A DNA stretch of 64,000 bases from Candidatus Poribacteria bacterium (GCA_965214095.1 OZ243938.1:2656001-2720000), one strand, 5' to 3'. Positions 1-10,527 are shown, counted from the stretch's first letter. Program-made: numbers and translations. The notes: generated by a model not told the origin, from the letters alone.

Positions 1-112
1 CCTTCATATAGTAATATGTTTTCTATTTTGTTATTTTACCACAGTAGGGAGCGGATTTCAATTGTTTTCAAAGGCATGCTCGTAACGGAAGGATCAAAGG
101 TAGACAAGGAAA

Positions 113-156
113 ATCCTGATTCAATCAATATAAGAAGTGTTTGACTGAATCAGGAT
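113..156. terminator. Hairpin downstream of the minus-strand NPCBM gene, probable terminator
   Basis: ATCCTGATTCAATCAA ... TTGACTGAATCAGGAT, a 16-bp stem with one mismatch. Confidence 0.5.
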
Positions 157-205
157 CGTTTATGGTTTGAAATTAATCTAACGGTCTACCTTACATGGAT
201 AAGAA

Positions 206-985
206 TTAATAACGGGCTTTGAGGCTGCCCCAGATTGTTGGGAGTTTGTTAGCGGGTTCAACTGCGGTTACTGATGTAGTGAGGAGCTTAGCATCTCCCA
301 AGCAGGAGTGGTCGCAGCCTAATCCATCGCCACCATCACCCATAACAATCGTAAGTTCTGATGCCCCTTCAGGGATGTCAAATTCAACTTTCAAAGGTTC
401 AACATTTTCACCATCTGCTGTGCCTGTCAAAGTTTCGGTTGATTCTACTTCTGTTCCATCAATTGAAAAGACAAAATGACTACTACCACCGTGTCCACAA
501 TCCCCTGGATCCTTTTCATCGGACATGCCAGCATACCCTTCAAATCTGACGTAATCATCACCAGTTAAATCGTAGACAAAAGTTCCGACAGAATGTGCCC
601 CAAAACCACGTTCAAAATAGGTGCCACCAATGACGATGTGATTACGGGTTGTTGCACCTTCCCCGATAGTGGCGTTATCAAAGTTCAAGGGACCTCCCCA
701 ACCTGTCCATTCAGCAACAGGGTTCTTGGGAATAAGACCGCAAGCGTTTGCTTTCGGTTGACTTCCACCAACTACTGCCAAGTAAACAACACCGTCCCGG
801 GTATCTTCTTCAACAACTTCATCATAGTCGTTCTGTGTAGCAACCTCTTCTGAACTAACTTGTGAAATAGGTTTTGCTCCGTCACCATCTAAGTTTGTGC
901 AGTCACTTTTGTCAGCATGAATGCCGAAAACGAGACATACGATTAGTAAAATACTTATTGCAATTAAACTATTATATTTCAACAT
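206..985 (-). CDS. Secreted NPCBM/NEW2 carbohydrate-binding domain protein with C-terminal TWG-type motif
   Basis: Signal peptide; 'IGGTYFERGFGAHS...YDL...F.GYAGM.D...F.IDG...L.I...DGGDG.GCDH...GDAKL' is the NPCBM pattern; tail VEPANKLPTIWGSLKARY. Confidence 0.8.
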   Translation of the reverse strand: MLKYNSLIAISILLIVCLVFGIHADKSDCTNLDGDGAKPISQVSSEEVATQNDYDEVVEEDTRDGVVYLAVVGGSQPKANACGLIPKNPVAEWTGWGGPLNFDNATIGEGATTRNHIVIGGTYFERGFGAHSVGTFVYDLTGDDYVRFEGYAGMSDEKDPGDCGHGGSSHFVFSIDGTEVESTETLTGTADGENVEPLKVEFDIPEGASELTIVMGDGGDGLGCDHSCLGDAKLLTTSVTAVEPANKLPTIWGSLKARY

Positions 986-1044
986 AATGTACCTCCGCAG
1001 GTTTGGTAAAACACAGTTTAATATGTACAGTCAATTTATTCATT

Positions 1045-1097
1045 ATATATTGTGAGTAATCAAGGAATAGTGTTATACTTGATTACTCACAATATAT
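1045..1097. terminator. Perfect 20-bp inverted repeat between the two NPCBM paralogs
   Basis: ATATATTGTGAGTAATCAAG (1045-1064) / CTTGATTACTCACAATATAT (1078-1097), 13-nt loop. Confidence 0.6.
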
Positions 1098-1122
1098 TAA
1101 CAATATTTTCCCAAAAGTAAGT

Positions 1123-1932
1123 TTAATAACGTGCTTTCAGATGTCCCCAGATTGTTGGGAGTTTGTTAGCGGGTTCAACCGCAAGTGCTTGCGCGGTTAG
1201 GAGTTTGGCATCGCCAATAGCTGAATGATCGCAACCATTTCCATCTCCACCATCCCCCATAACTATTGTGAGTTCTTTTGCATTAGAGGGAATGTCAAAT
1301 TCAACCTTAACAGCATCAACATTTTCTCCACCATCTGTGCCTTTGAGCGTTTCAGATTTGAATTCTTGTTTCCCATCAACAGAAAATATGAAATCACCGC
1401 TTCCGCCATGACCACAATCACCAGGGTCTTTTTCATCGGACATGCCGACATACGCTTCAAATTTGAGGTATTTGTCACCAGTTAAGTCATAAACTAATGT
1501 ACCTACAGCATGTGCCCCGATACCACGTTCAAAGTAAGTGCCACCGATGACGATATGGTTTCGGGTTGCAGCACCTTCACCGATGGTGGCATTGTCAAAG
1601 TTAAGTGGACCACCCCAACCTGTCCATTGACCTGCATCATTCATGGGAATAAGTCCACAGGCATTCGGTTGGGGTTGGCTGCCACCAATCACAGCAAGAT
1701 ACACGACACCTTTACGATCATCTTCTTCCACGACTTCATCATAATCGTTCTGTGTGCCAGCAACTTCTTCACCAACTTCCTGAATTGGTTTGGCACCATC
1801 ACCATCAATGTTTGTGCAGTCTTCTTTGGCAGCATTCACGGTGAAAGCAATGCCTATTAATAGTATCATCATAATGAAAGCAAAACACTTAATGTCTCCA
1901 TTAGATGTTCTTAACATATTAACTATTTTCAT
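1123..1932 (-). CDS. Secreted NPCBM/NEW2 domain protein, tandem paralog of 206..985
   Basis: Mature region highly similar to 206..985; tail VEPANKLPTIWGHLKARY; GGAGG RBS upstream. Confidence 0.8.
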   Translation of the reverse strand: MKIVNMLRTSNGDIKCFAFIMMILLIGIAFTVNAAKEDCTNIDGDGAKPIQEVGEEVAGTQNDYDEVVEEDDRKGVVYLAVIGGSQPQPNACGLIPMNDAGQWTGWGGPLNFDNATIGEGAATRNHIVIGGTYFERGIGAHAVGTLVYDLTGDKYLKFEAYVGMSDEKDPGDCGHGGSGDFIFSVDGKQEFKSETLKGTDGGENVDAVKVEFDIPSNAKELTIVMGDGGDGNGCDHSAIGDAKLLTAQALAVEPANKLPTIWGHLKARY

Positions 1933-1971
1933 AGATTAACCTCCTATAAAACTACAATTGTGTCAAACAAT

Positions 1972-2400
1972 TTAACGGGGTGAATATAGTTCTTCTTGGG
2001 AAAACAGTATAGCTAATTCATTCATAGCATTCTCAGCACAATCGGATGCATGTACGAGATTATAGGTGATGTCAGTTGAGAAATCACCGCGAATACTTCC
2101 CGGCGCGGATTCTAACGGATCGGTTGCACCGTTAATGAGACGTGTTATTTTAATCGCATTCTTACCCTCAATAGCGATGGCAACAATCGGTTTGTCGGTC
2201 ATAAATTCAATAAGCTTGTCATAAAATGGTTGTCCTTTATGAATGGCGTATAATTCCTCTGCAGTAACACGGTCCATCTGCAGCAATTTCAAACCAACTA
2301 TCTTTAGACCTTTTCCTTCATAACGGGAAATAATCTCCCCGATTAGTCCGCGTTGAACACCATCTGGTTTCACCAGAATCAGTGTTTTTTCTATTTCCAT
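1972..2400 (-). CDS. ndk: Nucleoside diphosphate kinase
   Basis: 'EKTLILVKPDGVQRGLIGEII', 'PGSIRGDF', catalytic 'NLVHASD'. Confidence 0.97.
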   Translation of the reverse strand: MEIEKTLILVKPDGVQRGLIGEIISRYEGKGLKIVGLKLLQMDRVTAEELYAIHKGQPFYDKLIEFMTDKPIVAIAIEGKNAIKITRLINGATDPLESAPGSIRGDFSTDITYNLVHASDCAENAMNELAILFSQEELYSPR

Positions 2401-2468
2401 ATCAACTCCGTTTTACTGTTAAAAATCAAATATTTAATACAGATTTCCTATTTCAAATCTGATAATTT

Positions 2469-2497
2469 AGTATATTGATTTTGTAATTTTTTGTCAA
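2469..2497 (-). promoter_or_regulatory. Sigma70-type promoter for ndk
   Basis: Minus strand TTGACA-17 nt-TATACT. Confidence 0.6.
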
Positions 2498-2584
2498 CTT
2501 TTAAATCATCCTAACCATTTTATACTTGTCTTACCGTTGACGTTGTGCTAAATTATATTAAACTCGTTGATACAGGAAAACCGC

Positions 2585-2971
2585 ATGGAAAAGCAGCTGC
2601 CACCTATAACAGATCCATCTCAAGTTTTAGCAGAGATATTGACTACAGAAAAACCTTGGGGACGTTTTATTCAGTATGTTCTTAACCAACCGGTGACTGT
2701 AAAGATTTTAGAAATCCATGCGGGGGAACAGGTAAGTTATCAGTATCATCACCATCGGAGTGAACTATGGATCCCACTTGACGAAGGTGCTTGCGTTCGG
2801 CTTGAAGATGATGTGATACATCCAAAACCGATGGAACCGGTCTTTATTCCGCAAGGTGCGAAACATCAACTTATTGGCGAATCTCAAGATTATCGGATAC
2901 TTGAGATCGCTTTCGGAAACTTTGACGAGGACGACATTGTCAGACTTGACGATAAATATGGAAGGGCATAA
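2585..2971 (+). CDS. Cupin protein, mannose-6-phosphate isomerase type II C-terminal domain-like (start 2585 or 2567)
   Basis: 'EKPWGRF', 'VKIL.I..G..VS.QYHHHRSE.W', 'ILEI.FG.FDEDDIVRLDDKYGR'. Confidence 0.85.
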   Translation: MEKQLPPITDPSQVLAEILTTEKPWGRFIQYVLNQPVTVKILEIHAGEQVSYQYHHHRSELWIPLDEGACVRLEDDVIHPKPMEPVFIPQGAKHQLIGESQDYRILEIAFGNFDEDDIVRLDDKYGRA

Positions 2972-3047
2972 AAGAAAGATGTGATAATTGGATTAAACTT
3001 AGATTTCAATGGCCTCGGAAATGTTAACCTGAATTAAGGAGACAATC

Positions 3048-3830
3048 ATGTATTGCCTAAAATATATACGGATTTGGATATGTGTTGCTCTATTGTTGCA
3101 TAGTTCTGTTATGTTAGGATTTGGACAAGGGGAGAAAGCCGGAACGCTTGTAGGTCATTGGACATTTGAGAAAGGTGTTGAATTGGAAGATTTGACAGGT
3201 AATTTTGTTGATGTTACGCTTATGGGGGCTGAAATAGCGGATGGGAAATTGAATGTTGATCCCGGCAAATGGGCAATCGCGAGTGGTTATGATGGACCGG
3301 ATATTGAAGAAAAAACGCTGGTGTCGTGGGTGATTATGGACGATCTTGATGTTCAGGAAGGTTCGATATTAACCATTGATCGCCTTTCCGATCCTACGTT
3401 TGATGCAATCGTTTTTGGGGAACGCCAACATCATCGTTGGATGGCAGGGAGTGGGTGGTTTCATCGCACTATGGATCCTGATCCCGGTTTTGAGGAAAAG
3501 AAAACTGGTGAGTTGATTATGATGGCGATCTCGTATGAAAATGATAACGACATTGCAAGAGTGAGAATATACCGCAATGGAGATAAAATCGGTGATTACA
3601 CACATGGACAATTCGTGACTTTTGCTAATAACGATGCAGAAGCAATTTGGGGTAAACGTCACGGTGGTGTAGGTGGAGGCCCGGGAGACCTTGATGTACA
3701 CATTGAAGATTCGCGTATCTATGCTGCTGTTCTCAACCAAGCAGAAATAAGAAAGTTAATTCCGGATACGCTGACTGTGGAAGCACAAGGTAAACTCGCT
3801 ACTACATGGGCAAGAATAAAGATAAGATAG
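3048..3830 (+). CDS. Secreted LamG/concanavalin A-like domain protein with C-terminal TWG-type motif
   Basis: Signal peptide; 'LVGHWTFE', 'TLVSWV', 'RIYRNG', 'IEDSRIY..VLNQAEI'; tail VEAQGKLATTWARIKIR. Confidence 0.75.
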   Translation: MYCLKYIRIWICVALLLHSSVMLGFGQGEKAGTLVGHWTFEKGVELEDLTGNFVDVTLMGAEIADGKLNVDPGKWAIASGYDGPDIEEKTLVSWVIMDDLDVQEGSILTIDRLSDPTFDAIVFGERQHHRWMAGSGWFHRTMDPDPGFEEKKTGELIMMAISYENDNDIARVRIYRNGDKIGDYTHGQFVTFANNDAEAIWGKRHGGVGGGPGDLDVHIEDSRIYAAVLNQAEIRKLIPDTLTVEAQGKLATTWARIKIR

Positions 3831-3909
3831 ATATTTGTTGGCAGGATTTCCACGAAGTATATACACTAAAAAGTAAATGGCTTCTTGGAGGTTATAAAGG
3901 ACAAATTTA

Positions 3910-5343
3910 ATGAATCCGAGTGTAAAACAGGTAGAGTTGGGAAACGATTCAGGTATCAGACTCAAAATGCTTGTGTGTACGGAAACTGATGCGCAAGATG
4001 CAGAGGAAATTGTTGATAAGCGTTTAGAGAAGATACAGGGACTGTTCAAAGAAGAGGTAGATGCGCCGTTATCGGTTTTAGAACAACATTCGCGTGCGTG
4101 GACCCGCAGCCATCAGCAAACCGAACACATTCAGCAAGTGCTTGATTTGTCAACAAAAGCGAGAGACGATTTTTCTGTTCTTGTGACCGTCGGAATAGGT
4201 GGATCTGATCTGAGTGCACGTGTGTTTCACGAAATAGCGAATCATCCGTATCACAATCTTCTGTCAAAATCGGAACGGGGTGGTGCACCTGAAGTCTACT
4301 TTACTGGCGATACATTTGACCCACTTCGGCTCAAGGCATTGCTTGATATGTTAAAATCACGCGACCTGTTACACAAAACGCTTTTCAATGTGATTAGCAA
4401 ATCCGGGAAAACAGGTGAAACACTCGCGACTTTAATGATTATTCAGGACACGCTCCAGCAGGAATTCGGTGAATGGCGGAAACAGGTTCTTGCGACTACA
4501 GGTTTAACAGACAATAGCCTTTTATATCAATTTCACCGAGAAACACCATTTTATGACATTCTTCCAGTTCCAGATGGCGTAGGAGGTCGCTTCTCCGCTT
4601 TTTCTCCAGTCGGTTTATTCTCTTTAGCGATGACTGCCGGTCTCGGTGAAAACCCGGAGGACAGAATACACGATGCGATTGAAGGTGTAGAAAATGCTAA
4701 TAAGAACTTCCAACTGCCTTATGCACATCACAAAAACACTGCATACCATTTAGCACTATGGCTTGACTCTGTTGAGAAATATTACAGGGCAGGTAGTATT
4801 GTTTTCTACAACTATGCAGACAACAGTCGTCTCGGTGAGTGGTTTGTTCAACTCTATACTGAGTCCATTCAGGAACGTGGATCTGGGTGTAATGTGATTG
4901 CTGCCAAAGGTCCTACGAGTAATCATTCTATTCTCAATGGAATTCTTGCTGGACCAAGAGATAAAGCAGTTTTATTTCTTCATTGGGAGGATCTTGGTGT
5001 AGATTTAACTATTCCGAGTACTAAGGAAGGCAGTGGGTTAGATGCGTTCGAAGGACTTTCAATGAACGATAGCCAGACCGCTTCTTATCGTGGTACAGAA
5101 ACGGATTTCACTGATAATGATATTCCAAATGTCACATTAACTTTGCCTAAAAGAGATATCGGTAACCTGTGTCTATTGATGCGAACTCTTATGGATACGG
5201 TTGCAGTTAAAGGTAGATTACAAGAACTTCATCTTTCTGACGGTGTTCCGATACTTGCAGATGAGTTGACCTACCACCAGTCAGCTGTTGAGGGATATAA
5301 AAAGCGTACCGAAGAAATTGCGCGTGAAATGAAAAGGGCATAA
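3910..5343 (+). CDS. pgi: Glucose-6-phosphate isomerase (divergent)
   Basis: 'GIGGSDL', 'VISKSGKTGET', 'PDGVGGRFS', 'QLYTES', 'QSAVEGYK'. Confidence 0.85.
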   Translation: MNPSVKQVELGNDSGIRLKMLVCTETDAQDAEEIVDKRLEKIQGLFKEEVDAPLSVLEQHSRAWTRSHQQTEHIQQVLDLSTKARDDFSVLVTVGIGGSDLSARVFHEIANHPYHNLLSKSERGGAPEVYFTGDTFDPLRLKALLDMLKSRDLLHKTLFNVISKSGKTGETLATLMIIQDTLQQEFGEWRKQVLATTGLTDNSLLYQFHRETPFYDILPVPDGVGGRFSAFSPVGLFSLAMTAGLGENPEDRIHDAIEGVENANKNFQLPYAHHKNTAYHLALWLDSVEKYYRAGSIVFYNYADNSRLGEWFVQLYTESIQERGSGCNVIAAKGPTSNHSILNGILAGPRDKAVLFLHWEDLGVDLTIPSTKEGSGLDAFEGLSMNDSQTASYRGTETDFTDNDIPNVTLTLPKRDIGNLCLLMRTLMDTVAVKGRLQELHLSDGVPILADELTYHQSAVEGYKKRTEEIAREMKRA

Positions 5344-5364
5344 CATCCCTATGTTATTTCGTGT

Positions 5365-7305
5365 TTGTCAAAGCAAATTCATTGCAGTTCCACGGGATCT
5401 GTACCTATGCAATATGCTCAAAAAATAATTAACAAATTGTCTTCAATACGACTGCAAAACAAGATTTTTTTCACCTATAGTCTTGTTTTTCTTCTTATGT
5501 TCGCTGTTATTTTTGCGATTGCGAGTCTGTTGATTGACAACACTTTTAGTGAACAACTGGACAAAGATGTGTTTGAATTAGAATCTAATATTTCTGACCG
5601 CTATACGTTGTTTGTTGAAGAGATTAGAAACGAAGTCCAAACAACTGGTGAAGATCGGAATGTGCGCGAGGCAGTCCGAAGGGCGGAAAGGGGAGGCAGT
5701 CGAGACATTCCACCAACTAATTTTGATGTTTTTGAATGCGGTAATACTGAAGGTATATTAGTCTTGAGTAATGCTTTTGATGAACACCGTATCGGACAAA
5801 AAGTCTTTGAAGGAACCAATGTGGAAACAGACCCTACATTCAAGAAAGGGAAAGGTACGATACAGGAACGAATCATTTCTGCGGGTGATGATCCACAGCT
5901 TGCGGTTGAGGTTACACAGCAGTTTGAATGGGGTTTTGTCACTGGTGGAAGGTCGCTTCAAAAATGGTTAAGAGGTGAATTACTGAGCCAACCTTCTGAA
6001 CATCCAATTTTTCTTGTAAAAAGAAAAAATGAACAGGAGGAGTGGATCCCTTTAAATAGTATCGCATACCGAACGTCAGATCTGAAAATTGGATGGGAAC
6101 AACAGAAGCAGAAGTATGTAGATGAAGGAAAATCTGTTGAGAAGTTGGTCGTTGGCTTAAGGGATCATCAAAGTACAGATGGTTCAGATGCATCAGACGA
6201 AGGTCGACGTACGCCTACTTTTACAGTTATTCGAGCGGACATCCTGAGTTCACCTTTTTCGGATCCACAAAAATTGCCTTTTGTAGAATTAATCATTGCC
6301 TATTCGCATCAGTATCGTATTCGTTGGCAAGATCAAATGCGAGTAATTTTGTTGTGGAGTATCGGTGGTGGGGCAGTGTTAGTCTACTGCAGTAGTTACC
6401 TTGTAAGTCGCCGCATCACACGGCCTATCGCACAACTTCAGCAGGGGGTGAACGAGATTGGTGTAGGTAATCTTACGTATCAAATTGCCGTTCAATCCAA
6501 AGGGGAAGTCGGAGAACTGGCAAATGAATTTAATCAGATGGCACTGACTTTGAAGCGGAGTCTGGAGGAGCATAAGGAGGCAGAAAGAATTGCTGTTTGG
6601 CGTGATGTCGCAAGGCAGCTTGCACATGAAGTGAAAAACCCTTTATTTCCAATTCGGCTTTCTGTTGAAAACTTACAAACTGCAAAAGATCAACCTGCAA
6701 TCTTTGATAAGATATTTAATGAGTGCACGGAGACAATTATTGAAGAAGTTGACCGTATCCGTGAACTAATAGACGAGTTCCACCAATATGCCAGACTTCC
6801 TAATCCTGACCGCCACCCGGTTAATTTGAACGATATTGTTGAATCTGTATTAAAATTGTATATGGATTTGTCTCAAACCCAAAACGTTGCCGTTGAAAAA
6901 CAGTTGAGTCCGCTTCCCGACCTATCTTTAGATCGTGAACAGATGGAGCGCGCAACCGGAAATATCGTCAAGAATGCGATTGAGGCAATGCCAGAAGGTG
7001 GGACCCTTACACTTAAAACTATTACTGCACCATCTGAAAAAGGCAGAAACTTCGCGCTTGAAGTTCAAGATACTGGACACGGAATGTCAGAAGAGACACA
7101 ACAGAAACTTTTTACACCAGACTATACAACAAAACCTTATGGAACCGGGATCGGCATGGCAATTGTCCGCAGAATTATTACTGTACACGGTGGAGATATA
7201 GCGGTAGAATCGGAAGAGAAGGTCGGCACAACAATACGGATTACCTTTAACGAGGACACATATCTTACCGATACAACACCTGTCATTCATAAATTGAACC
7301 CATAA
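5365..7305 (+). CDS. Membrane sensor histidine kinase (HAMP-HisKA-HATPase), NtrY-like
   Basis: Two TM segments, HAMP, 'WRDVARQLAHEVKNPL' H-box, N/G1/F/G2 boxes; start may be ATG 5407. Confidence 0.9.
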   Translation: MSKQIHCSSTGSVPMQYAQKIINKLSSIRLQNKIFFTYSLVFLLMFAVIFAIASLLIDNTFSEQLDKDVFELESNISDRYTLFVEEIRNEVQTTGEDRNVREAVRRAERGGSRDIPPTNFDVFECGNTEGILVLSNAFDEHRIGQKVFEGTNVETDPTFKKGKGTIQERIISAGDDPQLAVEVTQQFEWGFVTGGRSLQKWLRGELLSQPSEHPIFLVKRKNEQEEWIPLNSIAYRTSDLKIGWEQQKQKYVDEGKSVEKLVVGLRDHQSTDGSDASDEGRRTPTFTVIRADILSSPFSDPQKLPFVELIIAYSHQYRIRWQDQMRVILLWSIGGGAVLVYCSSYLVSRRITRPIAQLQQGVNEIGVGNLTYQIAVQSKGEVGELANEFNQMALTLKRSLEEHKEAERIAVWRDVARQLAHEVKNPLFPIRLSVENLQTAKDQPAIFDKIFNECTETIIEEVDRIRELIDEFHQYARLPNPDRHPVNLNDIVESVLKLYMDLSQTQNVAVEKQLSPLPDLSLDREQMERATGNIVKNAIEAMPEGGTLTLKTITAPSEKGRNFALEVQDTGHGMSEETQQKLFTPDYTTKPYGTGIGMAIVRRIITVHGGDIAVESEEKVGTTIRITFNEDTYLTDTTPVIHKLNP

Positions 7306-7381
7306 AATAGAACACGAAATTGTTTTCAAACTTTGCTAACAGATAAGTTATAACCTATTATCAATTTAGAGACGAAGAAAC

Positions 7382-8764
7382 ATGAATACTATCCTTATTG
7401 TAGATGACGAAAAGAACATATTGAAAATGCTCTCACAAGGGTTAAGTCTGAAAGGTTATAATACCCTAACTGCAGCCAGTGGTGAAAAAGCGTTACAACT
7501 TTGTGCGACTAAGGACGTTGATCTCGTTTTGTTGGATATCATGATGGAAAACGGGATGGACGGCGTTCAGACGTTAGCGAAATTGCTTGAACAGGACCCC
7601 AATCTCAATGTCGTTATGATGTCGGCACAGCAAGATATTGAGATAGCCGTTAAAACGATGGAGCTTGGCGCGAGACGTTACGTTACAAAACCGGTGAGTA
7701 TGGAGAAAATCTTATTCAATATTGAGCCGTTATTAGAACTCTCGCGATTAGCAAAAGAAAATGAAATACTCAAATCACAAATTCCCGCTGAAGATGAAAT
7801 GGTCGGTGAAAGTGCTGTTATTAGAAAACTCCAAGTGGAGATTAAACAAGTTGCAGCGAGCAATCTTGGGGTTCTTATCTCTGGGGAAAACGGCACTGGC
7901 AAACAACTTGTGGCAAATGCAATCCATCAATATAGCAACCGTTCTGATAAGCCTTTTATTCCATTAAACTGTGCGGCATTGCCTGAAGAACTTGTTGAAA
8001 GCGAACTTTTCGGTCACGAACGCGGTGCTTTTACAGGGGCAGATTCTATGCGACAAGGACGTTTTGAACTTGCTGATGGTGGCACGCTTTTCCTTGATGA
8101 AATCGGTGATATGAGTTTAAAAGCACAGGCAAAAGTGCTACGCGTGCTTGAATATGGAGAGGTGGAACGGCTTGGAAGTCAACAAATTCGTAATGTTGAT
8201 GTCCGAATCATCGCCGCGACCAACAAAGATCTCGCTAAGGAAATTGAACGGGGGCAATTCCGAACTGATCTTTATTACCGTCTGAAGATCGTCCCTATTG
8301 ATGTGCCACCACTCCGTGAACGGTTAGAGGACATTCCAATATTGGTAAAATACTTTGCGGAACGGTTGCAGAAGAACATGGCTTCTGCACCGAAAATCTT
8401 TGCTTCAGAAACTGATGCCGTTTTTCAATCTTACAACTGGCCCGGGAACATTCGTGAACTCAAAAACCTCGTTGAACGACTGCTAATTATGGTCAATAAA
8501 GAAATCATACTACCGAACGATGTTGCAGCGGTCTTACCAATAGGCGGGGACCAAATACAGTTATTGGACGCAGCGATTACCTATCAATCAAATACACCTT
8601 TGAGCACTATGGTCGATACTGCTGAATCGGAGTGTATCCTTGCCGCATTAAAAGAAAATGAATGGAACATACGGAGAACTGCCGAGGTCTTGGAAGTTGA
8701 AAGAAGCAATCTATATAAAAAAATGAGCAAATATAATATCGTCCGTCCAGATGCTGATAACTAA
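7382..8764 (+). CDS. Sigma54-dependent response regulator (NtrC/NtrX family)
   Basis: Receiver domain, 'GENGTGKQ', GAFTGA, 'FLDEIGDM', C-terminal Fis HTH. Confidence 0.93.
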   Translation: MNTILIVDDEKNILKMLSQGLSLKGYNTLTAASGEKALQLCATKDVDLVLLDIMMENGMDGVQTLAKLLEQDPNLNVVMMSAQQDIEIAVKTMELGARRYVTKPVSMEKILFNIEPLLELSRLAKENEILKSQIPAEDEMVGESAVIRKLQVEIKQVAASNLGVLISGENGTGKQLVANAIHQYSNRSDKPFIPLNCAALPEELVESELFGHERGAFTGADSMRQGRFELADGGTLFLDEIGDMSLKAQAKVLRVLEYGEVERLGSQQIRNVDVRIIAATNKDLAKEIERGQFRTDLYYRLKIVPIDVPPLRERLEDIPILVKYFAERLQKNMASAPKIFASETDAVFQSYNWPGNIRELKNLVERLLIMVNKEIILPNDVAAVLPIGGDQIQLLDAAITYQSNTPLSTMVDTAESECILAALKENEWNIRRTAEVLEVERSNLYKKMSKYNIVRPDADN

Positions 8765-8790
8765 CTGCTGAAAACCGAAAGCCGCAAAAT

Positions 8791-9210
8791 ATGAACAGAA
8801 ACAGCGGAATGACCCGCATTCAACTGATAATCTTAATCGCACTTGTAATAGTCATTGGCGGGCTTTCGTATCCACCTTGGGCAGAATATCGTAAAGTTAG
8901 TCAAGCAGATATAGACGTTGAAATCCTTGCTACAGCGATCAAGAAATACTACAGACACACACAGACCTATCCAGAGCAGTTAGAACAACTTGTTACCGAT
9001 CCTGGTGTGGATGGATGGCGTGGTACCTATCTGGAATCCGTTCCGAAAACACCTTGGGGTGGGAACTATGTGTTAATCCAAGAGAACTATAAGGTCGGAA
9101 TAGCGAAAGTTCATCCGCGTGTGCCAACAAAGTATCGGATAGGTGGGATTGCTGAAATCAGCAAGGTGTATCATTATGATGCTATGCAAGGCGAAAAATA
9201 TTGGTGGTAA
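8791..9210 (+). CDS. Type II secretion GspG-like pseudopilin
   Basis: Class III signal 'SG|MTRIQLIILIALV'; T2SG-like 'YP..LEQLV..P...W.G.YL..VPK.PWG..Y'. Confidence 0.75.
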   Translation: MNRNSGMTRIQLIILIALVIVIGGLSYPPWAEYRKVSQADIDVEILATAIKKYYRHTQTYPEQLEQLVTDPGVDGWRGTYLESVPKTPWGGNYVLIQENYKVGIAKVHPRVPTKYRIGGIAEISKVYHYDAMQGEKYWW

Positions 9211-9213
9211 TCT

Positions 9214-10020
9214 GTGGATGATATCTGGATACCTATCTTCATTTTCATCATAGGTTTAGCAATTGGCAGTTTCCTCAATGTTTGTATTTACCGCATTCCT
9301 CGCTCAGATATGTCAATCTATTCCCCACGTAGATCTTTCTGTCCAGAATGCCATCAATCCATCAAGTTTTACGACAATATACCGCTATTGAGTTATCTGT
9401 TGTTACGCGGAAAATGTCGGCATTGCAAAGCAAAAATATCTGTCCAATATCCGACTGTTGAGTTCGTTACAGCAGCACTCTATCTCGTGATATATTACCA
9501 ATTCGGCATGTCACTTTATTTATTGCTGCATGCGATCTTTTTTGTGTCTGTGCTGATACCGATTGCCTTTATTGACGCACATCACCTTATCATTCCGAAT
9601 GTCCTAAGCCTCATGGGACTCGGACTTGGGTTGGGAATAGTGTGCGTGATTGCATATCAGAATAAAGATTTAGATTATCTGAAGATGCAACTCATCGGAT
9701 TTGTTGCAGGTGGATTGGTGATATGGTTAATTGGGTTTATCGGCAGTGCAATAATGCGGAAAGAAGCGATGGGTATGGGTGATGTCAAGTTGATGGCGAT
9801 TATCGGATTGTATCTCGGTGCGTTCCCTGAGTTGCCTATGGTGATAGCATTGTCTGCCTTCAGTGGTGCAATCATCGGGACACTGCTGATAGCCACTGGC
9901 AAGAAAGATAGGAAGAGTCCCATACCTTATGGTCCATTTATTGCTATTGCTGCTGTGGTCGTGCTGTTATGGGGAGACCCACTTTGGGAGAAATATCTGC
10001 AGCTGGCGGGGTGGAATTGA
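9214..10020 (+). CDS. pilD: Prepilin peptidase/N-methyltransferase (A24)
   Basis: 'GSFLNVCIYRIP', two CxxC motifs, 'MGMGDVKL', 'IPYGPFI'. Confidence 0.93.
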   Translation: MDDIWIPIFIFIIGLAIGSFLNVCIYRIPRSDMSIYSPRRSFCPECHQSIKFYDNIPLLSYLLLRGKCRHCKAKISVQYPTVEFVTAALYLVIYYQFGMSLYLLLHAIFFVSVLIPIAFIDAHHLIIPNVLSLMGLGLGLGIVCVIAYQNKDLDYLKMQLIGFVAGGLVIWLIGFIGSAIMRKEAMGMGDVKLMAIIGLYLGAFPELPMVIALSAFSGAIIGTLLIATGKKDRKSPIPYGPFIAIAAVVVLLWGDPLWEKYLQLAGWN

Positions 10021-10074
10021 CAATGTGTTGTATTTATATAGAGTGTTGTAGTAGAATATTATGTAAATATCTAA

Positions 10075-10422
10075 GAGGTTATACAAATTAATTCTATGCC
10101 TGACCACATTCATATCCTTATAAGTATGACCCCAGATTTTTCTCTTTCTGATTTAGTCAGAGATATTAAGGTGAGTTCAACAAAATTTATTAACAAAAAA
10201 CGTTGGGTAGTAGGTCAGTTCAAATGGCAGGAAGGATTCAGTGCATTTACCTATTCACATTCGCAGTTAGGAGATGTCGCAAGGTACATTCAAAACCAAG
10301 AAAAACATCATTCTCATAGAACATTCAGAGAGGAATATCTTGAGTTATTAAAACGTTTTGATATTGCTTACGATGAGAAATATGTTTTTGAGTGTGTTGA
10401 TGAGGATGTTCCAGAAACATAA
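10075..10422 (+). pseudogene. tnpA: N-terminally truncated IS200/IS605-type (Y1 HUH) transposase, TnpA/RAYT-like
   Basis: 'INSMPDHIHIL' HUH motif, 'F.WQEGF.AF', 'YI.NQ..HH...F.EEY'; the usual N-terminal segment is absent upstream. Confidence 0.8.
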
Positions 10423-10456
10423 TATTCTGTTAGTATGGAGGCAGTAAGTAGACATC

Positions 10457-10527
10457 AACATACCGCTCCGCTGGAGCGGAAGATAGTACATAACATTGTT
10501 CTATAAACATATCGCTCTGCTGGAGCG
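10457..10527. repeat. Two direct copies of a palindromic REP, AACATAYCGCTCYGCTGGAGCG
   Basis: 10457-10478 and 10506-10527, immediately downstream of the Y1 transposase. Confidence 0.75.

Noticed and set aside
8752-8786. Heptamer-like repeat at the end of the response regulator
   Set aside because: Only about four degenerate units and no inverted partner; too weak to call.
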